Notes under the pieces: model-generated | What the model was told of the DNA's origin: nothing | The model's database searches: none | Seen by the model: only the letters and a program-made list of their open reading frames with translations | Shown here: one piece after another, positions 1 through 23,094 of the stretch | Position numbering within the stretch: position 1 is the first letter of the stretch | How the letters are laid out: the number at the start of each line of letters is the position of its first letter | Assembly: GCA_033442325.1 (NCBI GenBank) | Contig: JAWQFM010000005.1 | Location: forward strand, 70,153 to 134,152 | DNA length: 64,000 nucleotides | DNA from: Salpingoeca rosetta | Taxonomy: Eukaryota; Protista; Choanoflagellata | Direction of reading: 5' to 3' | Made by a program: the position numbers and the translations under genes

Positions 1-93
1 ACTTAACAACAACAACACCAACTTAAACAACAACAACAACAACAACAACAACTTAAAAAAACAACAACAACAACTTAAACAACAACAACTTAA

Positions 94-144
<51 letters not shown>

Positions 145-380
145 CTTAAACAACAACAACAACTTAAACAACAACAACAACTTAAACAACAACAACAACA
201 ACAACAACTTAAACAACAACAACAACTTAAACAACAACAACAACTTAAACAACAACAACAACTTAAACAACAACAACAACTTAAACAACAACAACAACTT
301 AAACAACAACAACAACTTAAACAACAACAACAACTTAAACAACAACAACAACTTAAACAACAACAACAACAACAACACAA
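1..380. repeat. (CAA)n-derived minisatellite, ~15-bp unit ACAACTTAAACAACA, inside a PPIP5K intron
   Basis: Tandem CAA runs punctuated by CTTAAA; lies downstream of the minus-strand donor at 414. Confidence 0.9.
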
Positions 381-414
381 TCATCCCCCCCCGCCATCAC
401 CACCGCCACTGCAC

Positions 415-3225
<2,811 letters not shown>

Positions 3226-3497
3226 GCTTGTTGTTGTCGCTGTTGTGGTTGTTGTTGGTGGTGTTGTTCTCGCTGTTGTTGTTGTTGTTGTTGTTGTGGC
3301 GGTGTTGCCTTCTTGGGGTTGTTCTTCTTCGCGCAGGGGTCGCGTGAACCAGGGCCGTCCCCGAGCGTCTTCGGAGCTTCCCTCCGATTGCGATCGACGG
3401 CTGTGCCGGCGAAACCGCTGCCGCTCCTCTTGTCCTTCCAGTGTTGACGGTGGTGCTGTGGCGTGTGCTCTGTGTGTGCTCTGTGTGTGCTGTGTGT

Positions 3498-3588
<91 letters not shown>

Positions 3589-4013
3589 TCCTTTGATGAT
3601 GCAGTGTGCGCTCGCTGTGGCGCTGCCTTGTGTTGTCGCCTGTCTTGACTGCAAAGTGCAATCGCTACACCATCAGCACTTTTGCTGTTCGTCGCATCAG
3701 CGAAAATAGCGCTGATGTCAGCAGGTTCGACTCTGCGGTGTTGGCAGTTTACCAAAAATAGCCACACACAAAACACACACAAACAAACCGGTCCTTGCTG
3801 CTGGGTGGCTCATTAATTCCAACGTGGCAGTTTGCCGTGCCTTGCCTTGCCTGCTGCTGAGAGCGTCTGCGTCAACCCTCATCACCACTCACATCTCCCT
3901 CCAAGTTGGCACACAGCCACGCAGCCATCCATCCAATATCCAACAGCTCCAACGCATCACTTTTGCATCCCTTCTTCACCAACAAAGCAAACAAACCAAA
4001 CAAACCAAGCAAG

Positions 4014-5284
4014 ATGACGACAGCCGCAGCCAACGAGACATTCACCCTGCGCCTTGACGACCCACAACCACAACCACAGCAACAGCTGGAGCAGGCTGCG
4101 TTTGCAGACATGGACTTTTCCTTTCTTGACTTTGTGCCTGACGACACCCAAGCAGGCACGCAGCACACCACCACACAGCAACACCAACACCAACAGCAGC
4201 ACCAACACCAACAGCAGCAAGTGATGGATGATGTGGACTTGTTTGGTGGCCTGTTCACGCCACCTGGCAACATGGACATGTCAGCCACACCAACCTTCAC
4301 CCTCCCTCTCCCAGAACAAACCACCACTGCAACAACAACAACAACAGCAACGGCGCAGCAGCAGCAGCAGCAGGTGGTGCCGCCGCTCACCGTGAACATC
4401 CCAACCACACCAGCAACCTCTCAGCACTATCACCACCAGCAGCTTGACCTGGACCTGCCATCGCTGTGGACGCCCCCGCCCCAGGACCTCGTCGACCTGT
4501 CGTCCCTGCATGAGCTGTTTGGCACAACCACCAACGACCACAACGATGACAGCAACGGCTATGCTGCCACCACCAACACCACTGCCACCACACTCCCCCA
4601 GTGCACGCGGCCGTCCTCCGTGCACAGCGACGAGCACAACGATGACGGCAACGTGAGCGACGCTGCCAGCGACATCAGCGGCAGCAGCCTGGCCACGAGC
4701 GCCGACACAGAGCACGATGGCCCCGCCGCCAAGCGGGCAAAGCGGTCAACCACGGCGGCAGCGAGGACCGCGACGGCATCGTCTGTGTCCAAGAAGGCGT
4801 CGCCCTCACCGAGCAGGAACACCGGCAGCAAGGGCGGCAGCCGTGGGCGCGGGCATGCGCGTGCACGGTCGACAGATTCCACGGACAGCGTCACTGCTGG
4901 CGATGAGAGCACGGGCGACGATGAGGAGGAGGACTATTACGACGACAGCGACCCGCGCAACAGGCCCTTTGCCTCCCGCCTGCGTGCCAACACGCACAAG
5001 AGCCTGAGCGAGGAAGAAAAGCGGCTGCTGAAGCGGGAAGGCTTTGAGCTGCCAGAGGGGCGGGACCTGACGGAGAAGGAACGCAAGCAGCTTGGGGTTG
5101 TGCGGCGCAAGATCAAGAACAAGATCTCTGCCCAGGACAGTCGCAAGAAGAAGCGCAGATACATCAAACAACTCGAGAGCAAGTCAGTTTGGGAGGAGGG
5201 AGGGGGTGGTTGATGTGTATGGGGGTTCGGTTGTGTGTGTGTGTGTTGTGTGTGTTTGCATTCGTGGTGTGTGTGCGTGCGTGT

Positions 5285-5330
<46 letters not shown>

Positions 5331-6204
5331 AAGGGTGCTCCAAATGGTTGTGTGTGCTTTGTGTCTCCATGCCACACACCTCACTCACCACCCATTCAAC
5401 CTTACCCTTTGCCCCCCCCCCCTTCGCACCAGGTTGAAGAAGGAGACGACGGTGAATGTGGACCTGAAGAACCGCGTGGACTTGCTGGAGAAGCAGAACA
5501 CCACCCTGTACGAAAAGCTAATGGAGCTCCATGCGCACGTGCGTCGCCTCGCCACGTCTGGCGGGTCTGCCACCTCCGGCACCGCCCTTCTCCTCCTCGG
5601 GCTCTGCTTCTCGCTGTACATGGCACCCTCAACCCCCTCCGCGCAAGCAGACCCGACAGCCATGTACTTCAACACCCCAGCACCCACCCACGACCCCTCT
5701 GCAGCTGCAACGGCAACAGCTGATGCTACCGCAGCAGCAGCAGCATCCTCCTCCTCCGCTTTCCGTGCCCGCACGCTCCTGTCGTCCCCATCGTCGTCGC
5801 TGGCGTGGCTGCCAGACACAGTGGCCACAGCAGCAGATACCGTCACGCAGCACGCCAGGGAGCAGCGCAAGCCACGGGGCATCGACGCATACATCTGGGA
5901 GCGGTTCACGGCGCTGGTGGCGGGCGGTGACGGTGACAGGGATCGTGTCACGCCGGCCGGGCTGGGAACAGGAGGGGTTGTGGTGCAGGAGCTCGATGAC
6001 GACGACGATGACGATCACGTTCACGATGAGAGCGACAATGTTGTTGCTGAGGGTGGTCGTGGGCGTCAGCTGGACAAGCAGCGCCAGCAATCACACGCAA
6101 CAGCAGCGACGAGGAAGGCGATGGGCAATGACACGCTGGACACCCTCGACGATGGCATTGTTGTCATCACGCCAGCAGCTGCAGCTCTGCACAGGGACCT
6201 GTGA
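4014..6204 (+). CDS. CREB3: CREB3/OASIS-family membrane-tethered bZIP transcription factor
   Basis: Exons 4014-5182 and 5433-6204 (phase-2 GT-AG intron). Pre-bZIP motif LSEEEKRLLKREGFELP..LT, basic region RRKIKNKISAQDSRKKKRRYI, leucine zipper, TM segment TSGTALLLLGLCFSLYM, luminal RTLL (S1P-like site), acidic/Gln-rich N-terminus. Confidence 0.88.
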
Positions 6205-6664
6205 TGTGTTTTCTGTATCATGTCGCGCAATGTATCCTGTGGCGTGATGCAATGGTCCGTTCTGGTTGTTATTTCCCTTTTCTCTGTTGTTGCACCATGT
6301 GTTATTTTTTTTTGAGAGGCAGCCTTCTTGCTGCTGATGTGAGGAGAGGGGTGTGCGTGGTGTTTTAAGCAGCCTAATTCATAGCGTTTCCCATAAGTAA
6401 AATGCTCATTCATTCATCACCAAGTTTGATTCAACAGCTGCTATCTTCTCTGTGTTACATTGGGTTGCGTGTGGTGTATTGGATGATGGACCAAAAGCAC
6501 ACAAGGCAGCGAGCGAGCGAACAGCACAACCACAACACACAGAAAGAAACATGCAAGCAATGCATGGTTATCTTCCCCGCGAAACAGCGGGGTTGAAGAA
6601 TGCTTGAAGATGTGGACCACGTTAAGAACACCCAACCAAACACACACACACAGCACACACATAT

Positions 6665-6736
<72 letters not shown>

Positions 6737-7032
6737 GAAACACACAAAACGCACACACACACACACACACAAGAAACACACACACACACAAGAAACACAA
6801 GAAACACACAAAACACACGTGGCACAGTTGCACATGGGCAAGCACATGGGCAAGCACATGGGCAAACACAGAGATCTACATAACAACCACGCAACCAAAC
6901 ATAAACAACAACTTCAACATTGACAACGCTCCCAGCACCCTTACTTGCAGGCAAGCAAGAGGGCGTAGCTGGAAGTTGCACGTGAAAGTGCAAACCGGTC
7001 TCCAGGGTTCAGCTTCGAGACGCCATCGAGAG

Positions 7033-8664
7033 TCAGTACCCCTCAAAAAGAGGGCTTTCAGCGGGTGTCACACGGCGTTGCAGGGCCGTGAGCGCCTGCA
7101 GGGTGTTGTTGGCGGCCTGGATCTCGTTCCTGAGGGCGTGGTTCTTGAGGCGCTGCCAGCGGTCGTGGACATCGTCTGAGCGCTCCCTGAGCTTGTTGCA
7201 CCACGCGTTCTGCACGCAGCGGCGTTGCCTCTCAAACCGCTTCTCGAGCATGGGGTCGATGCGGCGCAGGACGATCTTCATCACCTTTGCTGTGGGCTCC
7301 TCAACAAGAACCGCGGACTGAAGGAAGGTCACCACCTTGCGCTTGCGGCTTGCTTTCGTTGTTGTCAGCTCAAGAAGGACATGAGGGTCCATATCCACGC
7401 GTGTACTCAGCTCAACTAGTGTCGTCAGCGCGGGGTTGTCGGAAGGGCAGGGCTTGTGGGAATACTCGGGTGGTGGTGGTGGCAGGTTTGTCAATGTCAA
7501 AGGACAAAACTCGACATCTCCTGCCCCGACACCATCCTGCCGGTGTTCGTCTTGACTCCCCGGCTGCTCGTCCACCCCGTCGTCGTTGTCGCTGTCATCA
7601 CCGTCATCGTCGACGTCATCGTCGTTATTGTCGTCACGCAGGCTGAGGCTCATTGGTGGCGCGGAACCGAAGGCGGCAGGAGCATGAGCGCTGTGGTCAG
7701 TCGAAGCTGCATGCTGCTGCTGGTACGGCTGCTGGTACGGCTGCTTGTGCTCCTGGTGAGGGAGCGGTGCCGGAGTCGCGTTGTTGAGATCTGCACTTCC
7801 ATTCACACCAACTGTCGATGTCAGCTGCTCATACTGCTGCTCATACTGCTGCTGGTACTCCTGGTACTCTTGGTGCTGGTGGTTGTGCTCCTGGAACTGC
7901 TGCTGCTGGTAGTGCTCCTGCTGTTGCTGGTACGGCTGCTGGTACTGCTGCTGGTACTCCTGGTGAGGGAGAAGTGCTGGAGTCGCGTTGTTGAGATCTG
8001 CGCTTTCATTACCACCAGCTGCCGATGTCAGCTGCTCATACTGCTGCTGGTACTGCTGCTGGTACGGCTGCTGCTGGTACTGCTGCTGGTACTCCTGGTG
8101 AGGGAGAAGTGCTGGAGTCGCGTTGTTGAGATCTGCGCTTTCATTACCACCAGCTGCCGATGTCAGCTGCTCATACTGCTGCTGGTACTGCTGCTGCTGG
8201 TACGACTGCTGCTGGTACTGCTGCTGCTGGTAGTGCTCGTGGTGAAAGGCGATGAGCGGTGTATCATTCTCCTGAGCCTGGATGGTGGAATTCGCTGGAA
8301 GGCGCGGTGCATAGCCTTGGCCATCTTGCATCGGTTGGGTGAAGAGATCCTCAGCAAAGCTTAGCGGCATACCAAGCTGCTGATCATGCTCGCCCCCGTC
8401 ACCTCGGAACGGCATGTCGTCGATGGGCTGGTGACGATTGTCGACGAGTGGCTCCCGGTCGATCACGAGCTGGTCGTGGTCCTCGGCGTTACGCTGGTGC
8501 TCCGGCAACGCCCAGCAGTTGGGCACTGGTTGTCGTTGCCACCGCTGTGGCCATCGCTGTGGCCGTCCCTGTGGCCGTCGTGGTGGCCGTCCCCGTGGTT
8601 GGCGCTGTCTCCGCACTAACTCAGCGCGGAGACGCTGCAGCACCGGCTGGTGGTCGTCATCCAT
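7033..8664 (-). CDS. Intronless Gln/Tyr-rich repeat protein with basic region and coiled-coil C-terminus (possible divergent bZIP)
   Basis: Long open frame (543 aa from ATG 8664) with non-microsatellite complexity, internal triplicated repeat, acidic tract, then RFERQRRCVQN...LKNHALRNEIQAANNTLQAL. Confidence 0.7.
   Translation of the reverse strand: MDDDHQPVLQRLRAELVRRQRQPRGRPPRRPQGRPQRWPQRWQRQPVPNCWALPEHQRNAEDHDQLVIDREPLVDNRHQPIDDMPFRGDGGEHDQQLGMPLSFAEDLFTQPMQDGQGYAPRLPANSTIQAQENDTPLIAFHHEHYQQQQYQQQSYQQQQYQQQYEQLTSAAGGNESADLNNATPALLPHQEYQQQYQQQPYQQQYQQQYEQLTSAAGGNESADLNNATPALLPHQEYQQQYQQPYQQQQEHYQQQQFQEHNHQHQEYQEYQQQYEQQYEQLTSTVGVNGSADLNNATPAPLPHQEHKQPYQQPYQQQHAASTDHSAHAPAAFGSAPPMSLSLRDDNNDDDVDDDGDDSDNDDGVDEQPGSQDEHRQDGVGAGDVEFCPLTLTNLPPPPPEYSHKPCPSDNPALTTLVELSTRVDMDPHVLLELTTTKASRKRKVVTFLQSAVLVEEPTAKVMKIVLRRIDPMLEKRFERQRRCVQNAWCNKLRERSDDVHDRWQRLKNHALRNEIQAANNTLQALTALQRRVTPAESPLFEGY
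7720..8235 (-). repeat. Coding tandem repeat, 3 copies of QQQYEQLTS(AAGG/TVGV)N(E/G)SADLNNATPA(L/P)LPHQE
   Basis: Near-identical DNA blocks at about 7755, 7960 and 8095. Confidence 0.9.
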
Positions 8665-9375
8665 AGTGGCGGTCGCTGGTGCAGTGTGCTTGGTGTTCTT
8701 GTCTCCTCTTGGGGTCTGGTGACTGGTGTGGCTTTGTCGCGGATGTGGTTGCGTGGTGGTTGTGGTTGGCTTGCTTCTTTGGTGGTCGTCGTCGTAGTCG
8801 ACACAAAGAAAATGGTCAAAAATGCACAGTCCCTCGCACATATACTGGGCGCTGTATCGTCAGCTCCACCCGCACGGGGTTACTTTGAGTTGCCGCCACT
8901 GTTGTCGGTGCATCTCACAGTCTCACGTGAAGATACACGATTACGAAGGTCGCACGTCGCACAAGCAATGCAGTCTTCTTCCCTTTTGTTCGTGACGGAG
9001 CATGACAGACACCGCGTGACGTCCAGTTTGACAAACCTTTGGCCAGCACAACCGAAACGGCGCGCTGTCCAGCAGCATGCAGCAACAGCATGAGAACGCT
9101 TGCGTGCGTGCTGGCCACTTCTCGCGAAGGTGTGCCCTGCAAGTGGCACACCAGCTCACTCAAACTTGGAATGGCGTTTTGGTGCGAGTGCCACCAGAGA
9201 ACCTTTGCCTTTGCTGTCCTTTGTCTGCTTGCTGGCAATTTCGGATAAATCTTCAGTATATTTTACATTCCAAGTCGGAACCAAAACGCCAAAGAAGCAG
9301 TTCGAACGCTCCAACAACATGCGGCTTGGCGTTGCACGGGTGTTGCATGGGTGTTGCACAGAAGAGTTGCACGAG

Positions 9376-10614
<1,239 letters not shown>

Positions 10615-11051
10615 CTGCACGCGATGACAACAAACACCCAGAGGGGGGGGGGAGAACGAGAAGAAAGGATGGGATGACAGGAAGAATGAGCGACACAGGT
10701 GGTGGTCACGCGTAAAGGGAAAAAAAAGCAACGGTACTCATTCCAGGACAAGCTTCAGGTAAGGTGGGCTGACGACACCCACAAACAAATCGCAAAGCAG
10801 CAGTTGTGAAAAAAGGGTGGTCAACAGTGTTAGTCTCAAGCTTGGCTTCTCACTTGCTACACTGGAGCGGATCACACATTGTCAAGCTCCATCGCGGCTG
10901 TTAGCCGCACGTCCAGTTGCAAGCTGTGTGAAGCTTCAAGACTGATACCACTATGATCACGTGCACACGAACACAAACAGACACACAGCCAGTCAAAGAG
11001 AGAGAAAGAAATAGACACAAACACAGACACACCAACACACCCACACACACA

Positions 11052-11120
<69 letters not shown>

Positions 11121-11568
11121 CCACTCACTCACACACACACACACACACACACACACAACCTGACCTTTGTAGAAATCTGGCAACACTTTGCACAAATATT
11201 CCGCACTTCAGACGACAACAACAACGACAAACAACCAAACACCACCCCTCTTCCTCCGCCTGTTCTCTCGTTCATCTCTCTCCTCTCAACCACCCGTCTT
11301 TCTGCTTGGCACTGCACGACGGTGTGCATAGGTTACCATCGCTTCCCGGCCTCGTGGCACTGGTGTTGTGCGTGAGGGATCTCAGCACATCCATCCACTT
11401 CCCGCCAGCAAGCCAAAACGTTCCATCCTCTTCGTAGTTGTCACCCGCAGATCGGTCCAGTGCACATTCAACCCTTGCAGGCAAGCCTCGTTATTCTTCT
11501 TTCTCCAACGCCAAACACACACCCTCGCGTGGCTGCCATATCGCTATCTGTGCCCAGGCACCAATGAG

Positions 11569-18541
<6,973 letters not shown>

Positions 18542-18549
18542 TCACTGCC

Positions 18550-18612
<63 letters not shown>

Positions 18613-18893
18613 ACATGCACGCGCCAGGCGAATCGGCTGGCGTTAAGCGACACGATAAAATGTAAACAAATCCATTGCTTTCACATTTTGTGCGACGGGA
18701 ACCCGAAGAAGACGAGAACGCAAAAAAGGACTGCACTTCTTGCTTTGTCTGCTGCGGTGCTGCCGCTGTTGCTGTCCACTTTCCTTGCTGACTTGTTGCC
18801 TGTGCCTGCCAACCACACACACATACACCACACTCGATCCATCCACCCTGCCAACCATCCCTGCCTACCCATCTTTCCATCCCCCAGTTTGCC

Positions 18894-20919
18894 ATGTCTG
18901 AGGACGCTGGTAGGATCGCCGAAGGCATCACCGTCACTGTGTGTGGCGGCGGCAACGCTGCGCACATTGCGGCTGGCATGTTTGCGTCGCGTGGAGCGAC
19001 GGTGAACCTGTTCTTCTCGTTCAAGGATGAGGCGGAGCGCTTCAAGGCCGCATGCGACAAGGCCGGCGGCGTCACTGTCACGCGCAAAGACAAGACCTAC
19101 TTTGGACAGCCAAAGGTGTGTGTGTGAGTGAGTGAGTGAGTGAGTGAGTGAGTGAGTGAGTGAGTGAGTGAGTGAGTGAGTGAGTGAGTGAGTGAGTGAG
19201 TGAGTGAGTGAGTGAGTGAGTGAGTGTGAGCCAGTGTGTCTGTGTGAAAGTGGGCGAGCGTGCATGCAACCATGTGTGTGTGTGTGAGTGTGAGAGGGTG
19301 TGTGAGAGAGAGTGTGTGTGTGTATGTGTGTGTGTGTGTGTGGAAGTGCATGCGAGCATGTGCCACCAGTCTCCCCCCCCCCCTGGTGCGTGCCATTTTG
19401 ATCAAATGCCCGCGATACACGCTCACATGCTCGCCTCCCCCCCCCCCCCAACACACACCCACGAAAAGGTCATTTCGCACGACCCTGCGGAGTGCATCCC
19501 GATGACAGACATTGTGCTGCTGATTGTGCCTGCGTTTGCGCACGAGCCCATCCTGCAGCAGATCAAGCCGCACCTCAAGGATGGCGCTGCTGTTGGCGCC
19601 ATCCCTGGACCAGGCGCCTTTGACCTCGTCGCCCTCAACGCCCTCGGCGACGTCTTCACGCAGAAGGTGCGGTTCCATTTGGGTTGTGTGTGTGCGCGCG
19701 TTTGCGTGCGTGTGCGTACGTGCATATGTGCGTGTTCGTTTGCGTTTGCGTGCATGTGTGTGTGTGTGTGTGTGTTCGTTTGCGTTTGTGAATGTGCAGT
19801 TCTAACACTCTGTCACTGCTTGAATGACTCGCTCACTCACTGACTCGGACACACACACGTACACACACACACGTGTACACACATGCTGTCTCTGCGTCTT
19901 GTATTGCAGAACATCACGCTGTTTGCTGGCACGTCGCTTCCCTGGGCCTGCCGCTTTGATGAATATGGTGCAAAGGCCACCTTGCTCGGCGTCAAGACCA
20001 AGGTCGACATTACCACCCGCCCCAACAACGACGCCAAGCGCAACGCGGTGAGCTGCAACAATCCTGGCCCTGTTCCGTGTGTTGTGTGTTGTGTCTGTTT
20101 GGTTGCCCATGTCACCTACTATCGTCTTTCGCTGGTGTTTCCCTGCCCGTCTCACCCTCTTTCCCCTTCCAACCCCCCCCCCCCCGACAATGTGCGGGAT
20201 AGTAAATTATATTTTTTGTTGGAATTCGGATGTGAATTACTGGTGAAATGTTCATTTGTATCTCTTTTTCGTGTTTGTCGTCATGCTATTAATAACGCAT
20301 CAAGTGCGGAAAGTAGACAGTCAGGATCCCGAGAGTCTGCAAGAGGCCGCGCCGGAGCGATGCAGCGCCGGTCGCTCACGTCGAGTAGATATACATAACA
20401 AGAAGTAGATGTATAAACAGTGATAATATAGCATATCAATATAAACAGTAGACGGTGCACACACACACGGAATGAGTGTAACTCGTCATCTCGACGTTCT
20501 ACAGCCTGTACATGGAAGAGCGGGAGGCGGGGAGACATGGGGGCGGGAGAAACTAGCCTCGAGCAGAGATTGCCTGGCAGGGAGGGGAGAGGAGGCGGGG
20601 TAGTGCTAGATGAGTGGGGGCGGGATGTCGGTCGGGTCGCCTTTTGTTTGGATGCGTTAACCAACATTCCGCAACGAGGNNNNNNNNNNNNNNNNNNNNN
20701 NNNNNNNNNNNNNNNNNNNNNNNNNNNNNNNNNNNNNNNNNNNNNNNNNNNNNNNNNNNNNNNNNNNNNNNNNNNNNNNTTACCCACCAGTGGCTGGCGG
20801 ATGCGCTGACACGTCTGCACGACGACACGGACTTCCACTGCCGCGGCCACTTCCTCATGACCACGCTCTGGCCAACCAACGCTGTCATCCACCCTGGTCC
20901 GGCCAACACCACCACCACC

Positions 20920-21004
<85 letters not shown>

Positions 21005-21933
21005 CGCACGCACGGAGACCATTTGAATACCTTGCCTTGCTGCGCCACCGTTGCTATCTACACCACCCACCATCCCTCACCTCATCATCCCACTCCATCC
21101 ACCTCCACTCCTCACCACTCCCCCCCCCCTCACCTCGACACGCACACACACACACACACCCCTCCGTGACTGCAGGCGTGTCGTACGGGATCTGGCACGA
21201 CTGGGACGGCAACCCGCTGGACGAGGCGCCCCTCTTCTACCAGAACTGCAACAAGTTCACAGGCGGCGTCCTCAAGGGCATGAGCGACGAAATCGCCGTA
21301 CGTTGTGGTGGTGGTGTGCGTGTGCGTGTGTGTATGTGATGCTGTTGAACGCGGGAGCAACCGTTACGTCTTTCAACCAATACAACGACCACTATTTCCC
21401 ACCACTCACTGTCGCCACCGCCTAACTTCACCCCAACCCACTTCTTCCTCTTTCCCCTCCTCCCCTTTGTTTCACAGGCGACGGTTGAGGTGCTCAAGTC
21501 CAACGGGGCGGACCTGTCGCACTGGCAGCCCATTGACGTGTACATGCTCGATGTGTACGGCGATGTCATTTCGGACCACTCGTCCGTCGACCGCATCTTC
21601 GCCACCAACGACGCCTTCCGCGGCCTCAAGGCGCCCATGATCACGCGCGACGACGGCAAACTCGACCCTAACTTCAGGACTAGATACTTGACGGAGGACC
21701 TGCCGCACGGACTTGCGGTCCTGCGCGGCATTGCGGAGATCTGCGGCGTGGAAACGCCCACCATGGACAAGGTGCTGCTGTGGGCGCAGCCGCTGATCGA
21801 GAAGGAGTACCTTGTTGACGGCAAGATCAAGGGCAAGGACGTGGCGCAGAGTGGGTGCCCGCAACGGTTCGGCATCACCACGCCGCAACAGCTCATCAAG
21901 GGTGACATTGTCTCGCTCAAGAACCACCTCTGA
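18894..21933 (+). CDS. NAD-dependent opine dehydrogenase (octopine/alanopine/strombine/tauropine dehydrogenase family)
   Basis: Exons 18894-19115, 19469-19666, 19910-20047, 20791-20896, 21176-21297, 21478-21933. Rossmann VTVCGGGNAAH, VPAFAH, LPWACR, NAVIHPG, PLFYQ, RYLTEDLPHGL, GVETPTMDKVLLWAQ. Confidence 0.92.
19123..19225. repeat. (TGAG)n tetranucleotide microsatellite in intron
   Basis: About 25 tandem TGAG units. Confidence 0.95.
20680..20779. other. Assembly gap (100 N) within an opine dehydrogenase intron
   Basis: N run; the flanking exons join in frame. Confidence 0.98.
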
Positions 21934-22265
21934 GCAGAGAGAATGCGTGGTGGAAGGAGAGGGCTTGGTGATGTGCACAGCATAGCCGTCGTATCGATCA
22001 TCAGTGGCTTGGTTTGGGTTTTATGTTCGCGCGTAGCTCATTCAAACGCTACTTTGTTGTCACATCACCTAGCGTTGGTTGTCCATCCCTTGTGCCGTTT
22101 CGTTTCCTCTCTGTGTTTGTCCGCACTCTGCTGTACACCACTGTACACCTTTTTCGCTTCAGGCCCGCGTCACATTGGCGTGTTCACTTCATTGCCTGAC
22201 CCTGTGTTATTGTTGCCTTTGTTTTTCCGTGCTCGCTGCTTTGGTTTGCTCCACGCATGTCCGTC

Positions 22266-22303
<38 letters not shown>

Positions 22304-22588
22304 CTGTGTCTGTGTCTGTGTCTGTGTGTGTGTGTGTGTGTTATCGGCACGTACACGCACGCATGCGCTCGCGCCATTGAAGGAGTAATGTCGGACTCTT
22401 TCGTTTGCTGCCGTTGTAGCATGTGGTTTCTCCTGACACGCTGTTCCTTTCTCTCATGCTGTTATCGCTTTTGTGACTGTGTGCATCACATGCGTGTGCG
22501 TGTGTGTGTGCACTGGCAAACCCAATACAGCATCGCCATCATGACACCACTGTGGCCCAATCCATGTTCATACCACATGCACACACAT

Positions 22589-22635
<47 letters not shown>

Positions 22636-23094
22636 GTGACCCTGGTCTCAACCACGCTCATTTGTCTCGATGACGCTCCTTGCGCCAGTCAATACATATC
22701 ATGTACTCATGCCAAGGACGCTCACGCGCGTGTGTGTTGTCACATATCACACGTCACAAATTCAAGCCGAGCTAGCTTATGCAGAACGAGGAGAGAGAAG
22801 CATCAAAATCAAACGGAAGAAGTCAAAACATGGGAGGCAGAAAGCAAAGCCTTCAGCAGCACGCGAGACAGGCAGCACACCCGCACAATCTCTACTCTGG
22901 TGTACACTTCGTAATGTAACAGCCAAAAAAAATGAAAAAAATGAAAGAAAACCATCGGCCAATCAACCAATCATTAACCTCCCTCAGCCGTATGTACAAG
23001 CTGCTGACACTCACAGCACCAGCCGTGACGCTGCTGTTGTCGCTGCTTTGCAGTCATCACCATCGCTTGCATGTACAGCTGCACCAGGTGCTGC

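Noticed and set aside
90-380. Cys-rich metallothionein-like ORF; regularly spaced repeat resembling CRISPR or telomere
   Set aside because: Intronic CAA minisatellite; no unique spacers, no cas genes, no TTAGGG unit.
20185-20679. Compositionally odd, partly AT-rich segment in the opine dehydrogenase intron (possible insertion or foreign DNA)
   Set aside because: It follows a poly-C run, abuts an N gap and has no ORF or terminal repeats; typical low-quality read tail.
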